Source of the DNA: Rhodanobacteraceae bacterium
GTDB taxonomy: Bacteria; Pseudomonadota; Gammaproteobacteria; Xanthomonadales; SZUA-5
Assembly (NCBI GenBank): GCA_043754435.1
Contig: JAYUUS010000124.1
Location: forward strand, 35,716-99,715
DNA length: 64,000 nt
Direction of reading: 5' to 3'
Of the stretch, positions 7,968 through 17,373 are shown in pieces (position 1 is the first letter of the stretch; each line of letters starts with the position of its first letter). Below the pieces are notes generated by a model. The model did not search any database, was not told the origin of the DNA, and worked only from the letters and a program-made list of their open reading frames with translations. A program made the translations under genes and the position numbers.

Positions 7968-9512
7968 TCAACTCGGCTGCATAAAGCCCAAATCTGACCC
8001 TGGCACCGACAAAATCGGGTCGTTCATGAAGTTTAAATTCGGAAATATCGTTAACCGATCCGCTTCTTGCAACCCGTACCATTTTGCCAAAGTGTGCGCG
8101 TATTGATCGGTTGAAAGCGTTGGAATTAAGCGCCCGCCGTCAATATCGTCGGGGTTAGTAGACGTTGGTTTCAGACTCGGCATTTTTCCATAAATGCGAT
8201 TGCCGTTGACCGCGCCGCCGAAGACCAAGTGGTGTCCGCCCCAGCCGTGGTCGGTGCCATCGCCGTTATTCGATAAGGTTCGGCCAAAATCGCTGGCGGT
8301 AAAAGCGGTGACGTTATTGGCAAGCGTGGGGTCAACGATGTCTAGGACTTGATAAAAGGCTTTGACCGATTGCGATAAATCTTTTAGCAAATCCGGGTGA
8401 TCGGCGTTTTGATTGTCGTGCGTATCAAAGCCGCCGGTTGCGGCAAAAAACAGCTGGCGCTTCATCGCCAAAGTGCCGCGCGCGGCGATCACGCGTGCAA
8501 TCATCAGCAGCTGTTGGGCGATACGCGGCAAGGCATCGACGTTATTCGGCCCCTGCACCAAACCATTGGCAGTCCAGAACGGCGCAAATTTTGGTGCTGA
8601 CGCCGGATGCGCATCAATCGCCACCGAAACCTGCGCTGCGGTTTCAATGGAACGCCGCGTCTTAATCACATAAGCGCGCTCGAATGCGTGCCCTGGCGTG
8701 GCAGAAGCGGCAAGGTCTTGCAAGGCTTTAAAGCTTAAACAGCGTCGACTGCGATAGTCATTGGTTGGCCCGCAATTGGCATCAGGCGTATTGATGGCAC
8801 CAATTTCTTCCACTCCGTAGGTGTTCATAAAATACGGTGCAACCTGCACGCCCGACTGGAACACATTGTCGCCATCCAAAGATACATTCATAGACAGCGT
8901 TTGATTGGGATTGTCGGCACGGAAAATGTCCGCCAATCGCCCACCCCAACCGGTGCGATCCGTGGCATCCGCGCGCGGCGTTTGCCACTGCACGGACTGA
9001 TCCGAATGCGAAAAAAGCTGCGCGGGCAGCAAGATTCCGGGATTGGTTTGATACATGGTTTTGGTCACCGGACGCACCAGCGTGCCGACATTAGCGACGA
9101 CCGCCGCTTTACCCGCGTCGAACATTTCCTTTAAACCAGTCATTACCGGATGCAGGCCAAATTGACCGCCGCCAATGGGCGCTACCGAGGGATTTAGCAG
9201 CAACAAATTAGCTTGTGGGATTGCCAAATTTGACGCGTCGCCCGCGACACCATTGCCTAAGCGCAAAGCCCGATAATCCGCATAGCCCGAGGCATCGCGC
9301 GGCACCACCATATTGAAGCAATCATTACCGCCATACAGATAAATGCAAACCAATGCTTTGTAGTCGTTCGGGCCAGTACCGCGCAGCAGAGTGCCGCCGA
9401 GCAAACTAGATTGCGCCAGCGCTAGCTTTGCTGGCAGCAGGCCAAATGCCGCGCCACCGGCAGTCGCCATCAAGGCGCGTTGAATAAAATCGCGACGTTG
9501 TAGGTAGCTCAT
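7968..9512 (-). CDS. DUF1501 family protein (sulfatase-like fold) with a Tat signal
   Basis: 514 aa with a twin-arginine leader MSYLQRRDFIQRALMATAGGAAFG. The motifs GGNDxxN, FSHSDQ, GGFDTHDNQ and DHGWGG are typical of DUF1501. It is paired with DUF1800 as usual. Confidence 0.8.
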   Translation of the reverse strand: MSYLQRRDFIQRALMATAGGAAFGLLPAKLALAQSSLLGGTLLRGTGPNDYKALVCIYLYGGNDCFNMVVPRDASGYADYRALRLGNGVAGDASNLAIPQANLLLLNPSVAPIGGGQFGLHPVMTGLKEMFDAGKAAVVANVGTLVRPVTKTMYQTNPGILLPAQLFSHSDQSVQWQTPRADATDRTGWGGRLADIFRADNPNQTLSMNVSLDGDNVFQSGVQVAPYFMNTYGVEEIGAINTPDANCGPTNDYRSRRCLSFKALQDLAASATPGHAFERAYVIKTRRSIETAAQVSVAIDAHPASAPKFAPFWTANGLVQGPNNVDALPRIAQQLLMIARVIAARGTLAMKRQLFFAATGGFDTHDNQNADHPDLLKDLSQSVKAFYQVLDIVDPTLANNVTAFTASDFGRTLSNNGDGTDHGWGGHHLVFGGAVNGNRIYGKMPSLKPTSTNPDDIDGGRLIPTLSTDQYAHTLAKWYGLQEADRLTIFPNLNFMNDPILSVPGSDLGFMQPS

Positions 9513-9514
9513 GT

Positions 9515-11344
9515 TTACTTCTCCACGACATATTCAGGGGAATTCATTACCAACCACAGCGCATCTTGCACCCGTGATCGCCGATCGCCTTCGTTCGCAA
9601 CGGGCATACTGTTGACGTGGGAAACCAAAATGTTGCGCATGCCGGTGCTCATTTTGCCGCCCATCATCAACAAATCTAGCCGGGCGATCAGATTTTGCGC
9701 GTTTGCTGAAACCGCAGTGTCGCGGGTCAAATCCAGCAGCATCGGGTTCCAATCGGTGATCGGCGGCAAGTTAGTGTTGCCCCTAAATTGCCAGAAAATG
9801 CGCCCTTCAAACTCGTTGTGAATGCGGGTGATGTAGGTGTCGGTGGTAATTTGAAATTCTGGCGAATATAAACCGAGCGTGGTGGTTTCGCCGGGCAGTT
9901 TGTAGTTGGGCAGATAAAAATTGAACACCGTTGGCGAGCTGACCGGCGCTTGCGCCATCCAGTAGTTCGGATACTCATAAATGCGACCGATACCGCTGGT
10001 GACAAAATTATTATTGCTATCGCGTGAATTTGCATCAAACGCGCGATAAAGCTGGGTCAAACGCAGCAGCGGCTCGCGCACTTTGCCAGCATTGGCAGCA
10101 GTAGGGCGCCGGGCCTCTGGGTCCAGCAAAATGGCTTTCACCACATTGCCTAAATTGCCGCGCGGTGCGGTATTAAAAACGGTTGCAACCCGGCTGATGT
10201 AGGCGGGGGATGGGTTTGAAGTCACGAAACGCTGAATCAATAGGCGCGAAATAAACGGCCCGACATTTGGATGATTCGCGACATTATCCAGCGCTGCATT
10301 TAAATTCGAGCGCGCCGTGCCGCCACTTGGAAGCACGCCATTCGCGGGCGCTGCACCTGGGTAGACAAGCAGTTGCTTCGCATTGTTCGGCAACGGCCCG
10401 AGCAGGGCGGAATGAAAGCGCTCGCCAAACGGGCTACCTTCGCCCCAAGGTTTCATCGGCTCGCGCCAACCCGCGTGTAGGCGGTAGTCTTGATCACCCG
10501 TTACAGATAGGCTTTTGGTATCGCAATAGTCCCAATACCACTGATAGCTAGTCGCTGATTCCGGCGGACGACAAGTGGAATAGTTCCAGCCGGTAAAGAC
10601 ATGGGCAAAGCCACGTATAGTTTCTTGGTTATAAGTCGGCACCGGATTACCGCCCGAAAGAATGGGCGTACCATCCAAGTTAAGCTGCACCAAGCCTACC
10701 GAAAACAGCTGCATAATTTCGCGCGCATAGTTTTCATCTGGGCGAATATTGAGCGCGGCATCCGGTTTGCGGTTCTTGTGCATCGACAGGTAGCGCCCCA
10801 TCGTGGGATGCAAAGTCACATCGCCAAGCAAAGTCCGATAATTGCCAAAGGCGTTTTCGGAAAGCTTGTCGTAATAGTGGGATATCGCCGTAGGATTGCC
10901 TTCAATCGCGCCATTTTGATCCGAGATCACGAAAATTTGGCTCAGCGCAAAAGCCATGCGCTGACGCAATTGATCGTTATTTGCAAATAAGGAATTGCGA
11001 AACCAGCTTTCGGTGCGCTCACCCTGAAACACGTTAACAGGCCCTCCTGCCGCAATCGCGGCATTGATTAAGCCGTCTAAATAGGGCGTTTCTTCCGAGC
11101 GCGTGGCTGCAAACTGCTGATCAAACCAAGCGTTGTAGCCGATGCGGGCAAGGTTTTCGATTTCGCTCAGCTTAGCGCCAAATGTTGCCTGCTGTAGAAA
11201 ACGTGACGCTTCCTGTGGCGTGTATGGCCCTTCGGCAGGCTCATCCATGCTGGCCTTGAAGATCTGATCGATGGGAATCTCGGCCCAGGCAGGTGCGCAA
11301 TTAAGCGCTAGAATTGCCACAAATACCGCTCTTTTTAGGGACAT
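9515..11344 (-). CDS. DUF1800 family secreted protein
   Basis: 609 aa with a signal peptide MSLKRAVFVAILALNCAPAWA. Its size, general sequence character and invariant pairing with the downstream DUF1501 gene (2-bp gap) support the call. Confidence 0.7.
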   Translation of the reverse strand: MSLKRAVFVAILALNCAPAWAEIPIDQIFKASMDEPAEGPYTPQEASRFLQQATFGAKLSEIENLARIGYNAWFDQQFAATRSEETPYLDGLINAAIAAGGPVNVFQGERTESWFRNSLFANNDQLRQRMAFALSQIFVISDQNGAIEGNPTAISHYYDKLSENAFGNYRTLLGDVTLHPTMGRYLSMHKNRKPDAALNIRPDENYAREIMQLFSVGLVQLNLDGTPILSGGNPVPTYNQETIRGFAHVFTGWNYSTCRPPESATSYQWYWDYCDTKSLSVTGDQDYRLHAGWREPMKPWGEGSPFGERFHSALLGPLPNNAKQLLVYPGAAPANGVLPSGGTARSNLNAALDNVANHPNVGPFISRLLIQRFVTSNPSPAYISRVATVFNTAPRGNLGNVVKAILLDPEARRPTAANAGKVREPLLRLTQLYRAFDANSRDSNNNFVTSGIGRIYEYPNYWMAQAPVSSPTVFNFYLPNYKLPGETTTLGLYSPEFQITTDTYITRIHNEFEGRIFWQFRGNTNLPPITDWNPMLLDLTRDTAVSANAQNLIARLDLLMMGGKMSTGMRNILVSHVNSMPVANEGDRRSRVQDALWLVMNSPEYVVEK

Positions 11345-11600
11345 TATCTTCCACCTCGGCAGTTTTAACGTGTCAAATTTTACAGAATAACGTTTGCAAT
11401 AGCTCGGCTTCAGTACTTCGTAAATGCTTTAAATCTGCGGCTAGTTTCGCAAATTGGCATCTCAGTCACGTCTTTTCCACGGAGTTTACGGATACTTTAG
11501 CCAGACTAATCTGTTCGTTGCCTGCGGTTTTGCTCCACCTCAAAATTCGTCACTCCTTTAAAGTCTATCTTTACTCCAAACTCTATTTTTAAGGATCTAA

Positions 11601-12176
11601 ATGAACTTGATGCGGCACTTATCATTCGGAATCGTGCGTATCACAGCCGCGCTTTTGCTGAGCACACTGTCAGGCGCACTGCACGCATTTTCATCCGGCT
11701 CCATCGTTTGTAGCGTACCGCTGATTCCTTTTTCGCCGATGTCCAGCACGCTTTCCAACCCTACACCCACCGGCTGGTCCTTGCTCAGCGATGCACGCTT
11801 TTACCAGCCGGGCGCGCTGGTGCAGTTGCGCATCATCAACACGGATGTTTTAAAAAAAGTCAAAGGTGTGCTGCTTTGGGCGCAATTCGATGATTTCGCT
11901 ACTCCTGCAGGAAGCTTTCTAATCGGGCCCGGCACACCCTGGAAATATGTCTCGCCTAGCCCTAGTGCGCAATGTTTGCAAGGCTCGGTAACGCACGACA
12001 ATCCCACCCCAAAAACGCAAGCCGAATTGATCTTCAACTGGACCGCACCGGAATCGGGAAAGGTGTACTTGCGGGCCTTTCTGATTGAAGACTGCACTAG
12101 CAGCTGCCGCTCAAATCAGGCGCTCACGCAAACGATTGAGTTATTTGAGGCGATCTCTATTGATGGCTTCGAGTAA
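11601..12176 (+). CDS. Secreted hypothetical protein, Reeler-domain-like
   Basis: 191 aa with RBS AAGGA 5 nt upstream and a signal peptide. The pattern KGVLLWAQ...AGSF...C..GSVTHDN..PK...LIFNWTAPESGKVYLRAFLIE resembles the Reeler (PF02014-like) consensus by eye. Confidence 0.4.
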   Translation: MNLMRHLSFGIVRITAALLLSTLSGALHAFSSGSIVCSVPLIPFSPMSSTLSNPTPTGWSLLSDARFYQPGALVQLRIINTDVLKKVKGVLLWAQFDDFATPAGSFLIGPGTPWKYVSPSPSAQCLQGSVTHDNPTPKTQAELIFNWTAPESGKVYLRAFLIEDCTSSCRSNQALTQTIELFEAISIDGFE

Positions 12177-12189
12177 ACCATTAACCTAA

Positions 12190-12270
12190 GTCGTCTTTGC
12201 GAGCGCAGCGAAGCAATCTCGTCTTTTAAGCGCGGCGCACCTAGATCGCTTCACTGCGTTCGCGATGACG
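12190..12270. repeat. REP/MITE-like palindromic element
   Basis: Left arm gtcgtctttgcgagcgcagcgaagcaatctc and right arm gatcgcttcactgcgttcgcgatgac form an imperfect inverted repeat. It belongs to the same family as 202-296. Confidence 0.75.
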
Positions 12271-12336
12271 AAGCCCCAGCTTCGCGCGAATTGCTGGCAG
12301 AATCCGGGCTTAATTTGATCTTAAGTGGGGTTTTTA

Positions 12337-13275
12337 ATGGCTGGTTCTAGTTTTTTCATGCTTTTAGACGACATCGCGACCCTGCTAGACGATGTCGCGG
12401 TAATGAGCAAAGTCGCAGTTACCAAAACCGCTGGCGTATTGGGCGATGATCTTGCGCTCAATGCGCAACAGGTCAGCGGCGTCAATCCCGACCGCGAACT
12501 GCCCGTCGTTTGGGCGGTTGCGAAAGGCTCCATGCTCAACAAAGCCATTCTGGTGCCTTCGGCGTTAGCATTAAATGTGTTCCTGCCGTGGGCGGTGACG
12601 CCGCTTTTGATGGCGGGCGGGGCGTATCTTTGTTTCGAGGGTGTCGAAAAATTAGCGCATAAATATTTGCACAGCCAGCAGGAAGACAAAGCGCATTACC
12701 AAGCGCATTTAGCGGCGGTAGATGATGAAAATGTGGACTTGGTCGCTTTCGAGAAAGGCAAGATAAAAGGCGCGATCCGCACTGATTTTATTTTATCGGC
12801 CGAAATCATTGTGATTGCGCTCAGCACCGTCAAAGCGGAAAGCTTTTTAAATCAAGTCATGGTGCTGTCTGCGGTCGCGGTGTTTTTGACGATTGCCGTT
12901 TATGGACTAGTCGCTGGCATCGTCAAAATGGACGATTTAGGCCTGTACTGGAATCGCTCGAAATCCAGCGTTAAGCGCAAACTTGGCGCACTTTTGCTAG
13001 CAGCAGCGCCTAAGCTCATGAAATTTCTATCCGTGGCCGGCACGATTGCGATGTTTTTAGTCGGCGGCGCGATTATTGTGCACGGCTGGCCGCTACTGCA
13101 TCACGCGCTAGAAAGCATCGAACACAGCGCGAGTGGCGTGGCAAGCGTCGGCGCGTTTTTAAAATTACCTGCGGGTATGCTGTTTGAGCTGGTTGTCGGC
13201 TTAATAACAGGCGCGGTTTGTTTGGTGGGGTATATGTTAGCTATGAAGGCATTGGGGAAAAGTTCAGCGCATTGA
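12337..13275 (+). CDS. yedI: DUF808 family inner-membrane protein (YedI-like)
   Basis: Starts at ATG 12337. MAGSSFFMLLDDIATLLDDVAVMSKVAVTKTAGVLGDDLALNAQQVSGV is nearly the canonical DUF808/YedI N-terminus. Several TM segments follow. Confidence 0.8.
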   Translation: MAGSSFFMLLDDIATLLDDVAVMSKVAVTKTAGVLGDDLALNAQQVSGVNPDRELPVVWAVAKGSMLNKAILVPSALALNVFLPWAVTPLLMAGGAYLCFEGVEKLAHKYLHSQQEDKAHYQAHLAAVDDENVDLVAFEKGKIKGAIRTDFILSAEIIVIALSTVKAESFLNQVMVLSAVAVFLTIAVYGLVAGIVKMDDLGLYWNRSKSSVKRKLGALLLAAAPKLMKFLSVAGTIAMFLVGGAIIVHGWPLLHHALESIEHSASGVASVGAFLKLPAGMLFELVVGLITGAVCLVGYMLAMKALGKSSAH

Positions 13276-13328
13276 AACGGCTGTTTGTGCGGCTGGCGTG
13301 GACGGATATCCAGCCGCGCTCTTGACCT

Positions 13329-14051
13329 TCACCCACACTTCGAATAGCCACAGTTCAAGCAAGTAGAGCAGCCATCCATAAGCACCACGGCTTTCGTTGA
13401 GCATTTCGGACAGATCGTCGCACTGGCTGGAAAACTGCCCGAGTCGGTGCTTTCCGCATCCCCCAACGATGCACTTTGCGCCAACTTTGCATCACGCGCG
13501 ATGACTTCAGCGCGCTTTTTCGCGATCAGCTCGCGCATTTCTGGGCTCAGATCGGTTTTAATCATGCCAATGCGCTTCATATGGTCTTCAATCACTACGC
13601 CAAGTTCAGCCACAACCGAGGGCATGTAAACGCCGCCTGCTTTGTAATAGCCGCCACGCGGGTCAAACACTGCTTTAAGTTCTTCCACCAAAAATGTCAC
13701 GTCGCCACCTTTACGGAACACCGCGCTCATAATGCGCGTCAGTGCCACCGCCCATTGAAAGTGCTCCATATTTTTGCTGTTGATGAACACTTCAAAAGGC
13801 CGATGCTGTTCATGCGGCGTGCCTTCGTTGAGGATAATGTCGTTGATCGTGACGTATAGAGCATGCTCAAATAGCGGGCTTTTGATTTTATAGGTCGAAC
13901 CTTCCAAACACTCTGGCCGCTCCAAACGCTCGTGCATTTGGATCACTTCCGCCATCGGCAGCTCCAGCGGCAGCCCTTTGCTAAAAGCTGGTTTTTCGTC
14001 TGGGCGTACCACTGAATAAGCTTTGATTTTCTTTGAGATTTTAACGGCCAT
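13329..14051 (-). CDS. nrdJb: Class II (B12-dependent) ribonucleotide reductase, small C-terminal polypeptide (NrdJb; TSCPD domain + Cys-rich tail)
   Basis: 240 aa. It has LEGSTYKIKSP...ALYVTIND...RPFEVFINSKN...ALTRIMSAVFR (TSCPD domain) and a C-terminal CPKCS...CSTCLNCGYSKCG redox tail, as in split NrdJ systems. Confidence 0.8.
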   Translation of the reverse strand: MAVKISKKIKAYSVVRPDEKPAFSKGLPLELPMAEVIQMHERLERPECLEGSTYKIKSPLFEHALYVTINDIILNEGTPHEQHRPFEVFINSKNMEHFQWAVALTRIMSAVFRKGGDVTFLVEELKAVFDPRGGYYKAGGVYMPSVVAELGVVIEDHMKRIGMIKTDLSPEMRELIAKKRAEVIARDAKLAQSASLGDAESTDSGSFPASATICPKCSTKAVVLMDGCSTCLNCGYSKCG

Positions 14052-14104
14052 CTTAATTTCCTTGTTTTTCGATACGTTTTTTGACGCTCATCTGTTTTTG
14101 GCGC

Positions 14105-14677
14105 TCAACGCATGCTAATTGCGCGCAGTTCGTTGCCATATTGATAAAGCGCTGGCAACTTTAGGCTATCGCTCAATTTTGAAAGCGCAACCAAGTGGCT
14201 AAGTTGAATAGGCTCGCCCGACGCTAACAACACTAAATGGTCTAATTTGTATAGCTTGCCCAACTCAACTAAGACAGGCAGCAAGTCTTCGCGGCTATAA
14301 ATTTTGCCGCCAAATATAAATTTGTCCAAACCCGAAGCCCCCAACTCAGCGCGCACTTTGGTGCCAGCGGCGGGTGTTTGCTTACCGCCGAGTGCTGCCA
14401 TTGCCGCTGACTCTGCTTGTCGGCGCGCCGATTCAACCGCCGCACGTTGCGCCTCACCGTCACCGGTGGGCGTGTGCAATGCACTTGGCAATACCCCACC
14501 CGAGGCCTGCACCTGCGCATCCAGTTGCGCGTTCGACTTAGGCGCATATTTTTCATTCAACGCACGCACTTCAGCTTCGTGATCGGCACGCGAACGCGGA
14601 CTGATGATCGTTTCCGCACTTGCTACAGTCTGCAAAAAAGCAAGTAACGCAAAGGTCGAAAAAACTTTATGTGACAC
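14105..14677 (-). CDS. Hypothetical secreted protein located between nrdJa and nrdJb
   Basis: GTG 14677 is preceded by AAGGAG with a 6-nt spacer. The signal peptide is (M)SHKVFSTFALLAFLQTVASA. The Ala/Gln-rich middle has no motif I recognise. Confidence 0.55.
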   Translation of the reverse strand: MSHKVFSTFALLAFLQTVASAETIISPRSRADHEAEVRALNEKYAPKSNAQLDAQVQASGGVLPSALHTPTGDGEAQRAAVESARRQAESAAMAALGGKQTPAAGTKVRAELGASGLDKFIFGGKIYSREDLLPVLVELGKLYKLDHLVLLASGEPIQLSHLVALSKLSDSLKLPALYQYGNELRAISMR

Positions 14678-14715
14678 AAGTAGCTCCTTGATTTTACTGT
14701 GCAATTTGCGCTTTT

Positions 14716-14814
14716 GTCATCCCGGCGCACGCCGGGATCCAGAAAAGACTCTGCAAAGATAAGAAATTTAATGTTGTTTTCGAAAAACTGGATTCCGGCA
14801 TTCGCCGGAATGAC
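14716..14814. repeat. 99-bp REP/MITE-like palindromic element (GTCATCCCGGCG..CCGGGATCCAG / CTGGATTCCGGC..GCCGGAATGAC)
   Basis: The terminal arms are each themselves small hairpins (cccggcgcacgccggg; ccggcattcgccgg) and are mutually complementary. Track ORF 14694..14939(-) is its translation. Confidence 0.8.
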
Positions 14815-14853
14815 GATAGTGGGCGCTGATATTGTTGTCCTCTCAGAATGGAA

Positions 14854-17025
14854 TTAAAACTTACCGTAATAGCCCTCTTTAAGTGCATCAAACAAATTGG
14901 CAGCAGTGTGCATTTCACCGTCATATTCGATTTGCTCATTGCCCTTTACCTCGACAACTGAGCCGTCTTCTAACTCGAATCTATAGAGGGTATTTTCCAG
15001 ATCTTGCTCTTTCACCAGCACGCCCTGAAACGCGGCCGGGTTGAATCTAAAAGTCGTACAGCCTTTTAACCCCTGCTTATGCGCATACAAATAGATGTCT
15101 TTAAAGTCTTCATAGGCGTAATCAGTCGGCACATTCGCGGTTTTGCTGATTGAGCTATCGACCCATTTTTGTGAGGCGGCTTGGATATCCACGTGTGCTT
15201 TCGGGCTAATGTCATCGGCTGCGACAAAATAATCCGGCAAACGTTCCTCAGCTTTATCGCTAAGCGGCATCGCTTTCGCGTTGATGAGTTCGCGATATGC
15301 CAGAAGCTCAAACGAATACACCTCGACTTTTTCTTTGCTCTTTTTACCTTCGCGAATAATGTTGCGCGAATAGTGGTGCGCAAAACTAGGCTCGATGCCG
15401 TTGCTGGCGTTATTACCGATTGATAAACTAATCGTGCCGGTCGGCGCTATCGAGCTATGGTGGGTAAAGCGCGCACCAACAGCGGCCAGCTTATTGACTA
15501 AATCAGGCGCCACTTCCGCAATGCGCTGCATATAGCGGCTATAGCGCGCGTGCAAAACTTTGCCTTTGATTAAATCGCCCAGCTTAATGCCATCGCGCAA
15601 CATTTCAGGCCGCTTGCGCAGCATTTCACCGGTTACGGCAAAATCTTCTTCCATAATCGGCGCTGGGCCCTTTTCTTGCGCCAAACTTGCCGCGACTTCC
15701 CAACCCGCAATCGCCATTTCGCGGCTCACTTTGTCCGTGAAATCCAACGATTCTGGCGAACCATAGCGCATTTTGAGCATGGTCAGGGTCGAACCTAAGC
15801 CCAAAAAGCCCATGCCATGCCGACGCTTACGCGTAATTTCATCGCGCTGCTGCGGCAATGGCAGGCCGTTCACTTCCACCACGTTGTCTAACATCCGGGT
15901 AAAAATGCGGACGACTTCGCGATATTGCTCCCAGTCAAACACAGCGTTGGCAGTGAACGCATTGCGGACAAATTTGGTCAAGTTGACCGAGCCTAGCAAA
16001 CACGAACCATACGGCGGCAAGGGCTGCTCACCGCACGGGTTGGTAGCGCGGATCGCTTCGCACCACCAGTTGTTGTTCATTTCGTTTACTCGGTCAATCA
16101 GGATAAAACCCGGCTCGGCAAAATCATAGGTCGAGGTCATAATCATGTCCCACAAACCGCGCGCCTTCACCTTACCGTATATACGACACGCCACCAGACC
16201 ATCATCACGGCTGATATAACCGCTCGCCTGCGGCCATTCGCGCCAAAGCACTTGTGTGCGGTCATCCAGATTTAAATCAGCGCTTTCTTTTTGGTTAATC
16301 GGAAACACCAGCGGCCAATCGGTGTCTAGCTCAACGGCTTTGATGAAGTCATCCGTGATTAATAGGCTCAAATTGAATTGACGCAAACGGCCATCTTCGC
16401 GCTTGGCTTTTACGAACTCTTTGACATCTGGGTGGCTGACATCAAAAGTGCCCATTTGCGCACCGCGCCGCCCACCGGCGGAGCTAACGGTAAAGCACAT
16501 CTTGTCGTAAATATCCATAAAGCTTAAGGGCCCGGAGGTGTGCGCGCCCGCACCGGAAACATAAGCACCGCGCGGGCGCAGCGTGGAGAATTCATAGCCG
16601 ATACCACAGCCCGCTTTCAGCGTTAAGCCAGCCTCGTGCACTTTTTCCAAAATATCGTCCATGGAATCGGCAATGGTGCCGCTCACGGTGCAGTTGATCG
16701 TGCTAGTCGCCGGTTTGTGCGCCAGCGCGCCAGCGTTTGAAGTCACTCGTCCGGCTGGAATCGCGCCATGGCGCAGCGCCCAAAAAAAGCGCTCTTGCCA
16801 ATGCTTTTGCAGCTCGGGCGTAACTTCTACTTCTGACAGTGCTTTGGCCACGCGCCGAAAGGTATCGTCGATGGAATGATCGACCGCGTCGCCATTTTTC
16901 GCTTTGAGACGATATTTTTTGTCCCAAATATCATAGGACGCTGGCTGCATCGGGATTTCATGCGCGGCGTGGGTGGCGTGACGAAATTCGGTATCAGATA
17001 CTAATTCTAGGCGTGCTGTATTCAT
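14854..17025 (-). CDS. nrdJa: Class II adenosylcobalamin-dependent ribonucleotide reductase, large polypeptide (NrdJa)
   Basis: 723 aa. RNR core motifs are present, including ...INCTVSG..., ...NPCGEQPLPPYGSCLLGS... (active-site Cys/Glu region) and ...SIAPTGTISL.... RBS GGGAGGA lies upstream of ATG 17025. Confidence 0.9.
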   Translation of the reverse strand: MNTARLELVSDTEFRHATHAAHEIPMQPASYDIWDKKYRLKAKNGDAVDHSIDDTFRRVAKALSEVEVTPELQKHWQERFFWALRHGAIPAGRVTSNAGALAHKPATSTINCTVSGTIADSMDDILEKVHEAGLTLKAGCGIGYEFSTLRPRGAYVSGAGAHTSGPLSFMDIYDKMCFTVSSAGGRRGAQMGTFDVSHPDVKEFVKAKREDGRLRQFNLSLLITDDFIKAVELDTDWPLVFPINQKESADLNLDDRTQVLWREWPQASGYISRDDGLVACRIYGKVKARGLWDMIMTSTYDFAEPGFILIDRVNEMNNNWWCEAIRATNPCGEQPLPPYGSCLLGSVNLTKFVRNAFTANAVFDWEQYREVVRIFTRMLDNVVEVNGLPLPQQRDEITRKRRHGMGFLGLGSTLTMLKMRYGSPESLDFTDKVSREMAIAGWEVAASLAQEKGPAPIMEEDFAVTGEMLRKRPEMLRDGIKLGDLIKGKVLHARYSRYMQRIAEVAPDLVNKLAAVGARFTHHSSIAPTGTISLSIGNNASNGIEPSFAHHYSRNIIREGKKSKEKVEVYSFELLAYRELINAKAMPLSDKAEERLPDYFVAADDISPKAHVDIQAASQKWVDSSISKTANVPTDYAYEDFKDIYLYAHKQGLKGCTTFRFNPAAFQGVLVKEQDLENTLYRFELEDGSVVEVKGNEQIEYDGEMHTAANLFDALKEGYYGKF

Positions 17026-17325
17026 GTGCTGCAGTTCCTCCCGGAACGAAAGTGGGTGCTTTTATTTGCCGATTTTGCCTTGTGCAAAACCTGAATTATG
17101 TTGAGTACCGTTCGGTGTGTTGTTGGGCAAACTCATTTGGAAAATGGCGGAAACTTGTTGATTTTTGACGAGTTACATCGTGATGAGCGCTACTCCTCCT
17201 TCAACTTCAAAACGTTATTTACCGCGAACGCAGGCATGCCCAAGGCAGCACTCGGAAATAGCGCTAATCAAAAATTACATCGTAAATTTAGGTACTTGAG
17301 TGGCTAAGTTCATGCAGGGCCGCAA

Positions 17326-17373
17326 GTACTACATTTAGCCGATAATACTATCGCTCAACACAACATCTAGCGT
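17326..17373 (-). promoter_or_regulatory. Candidate tandem NrdR boxes upstream of nrdJa
   Basis: Read on the gene strand, the boxes are acgCTAGATGTTGTgt (17373-17358; 13/16 to acaCwAtATaTwGtgt) and cggCTAAATGTAGTac (17341-17326; core match). Their offset is exactly 32 bp, the usual tandem spacing. Confidence 0.5.

Noticed and set aside
17026-17325. Cobalamin riboswitch in the long nrdJa leader (class II RNR uses B12).
   Set aside because: I found only a weak agccactc resemblance to the B12 box (GCCACTG) near 17297-17304. None of the other conserved riboswitch blocks are visible. B12 riboswitches normally control B12-independent RNRs, not nrdJ.
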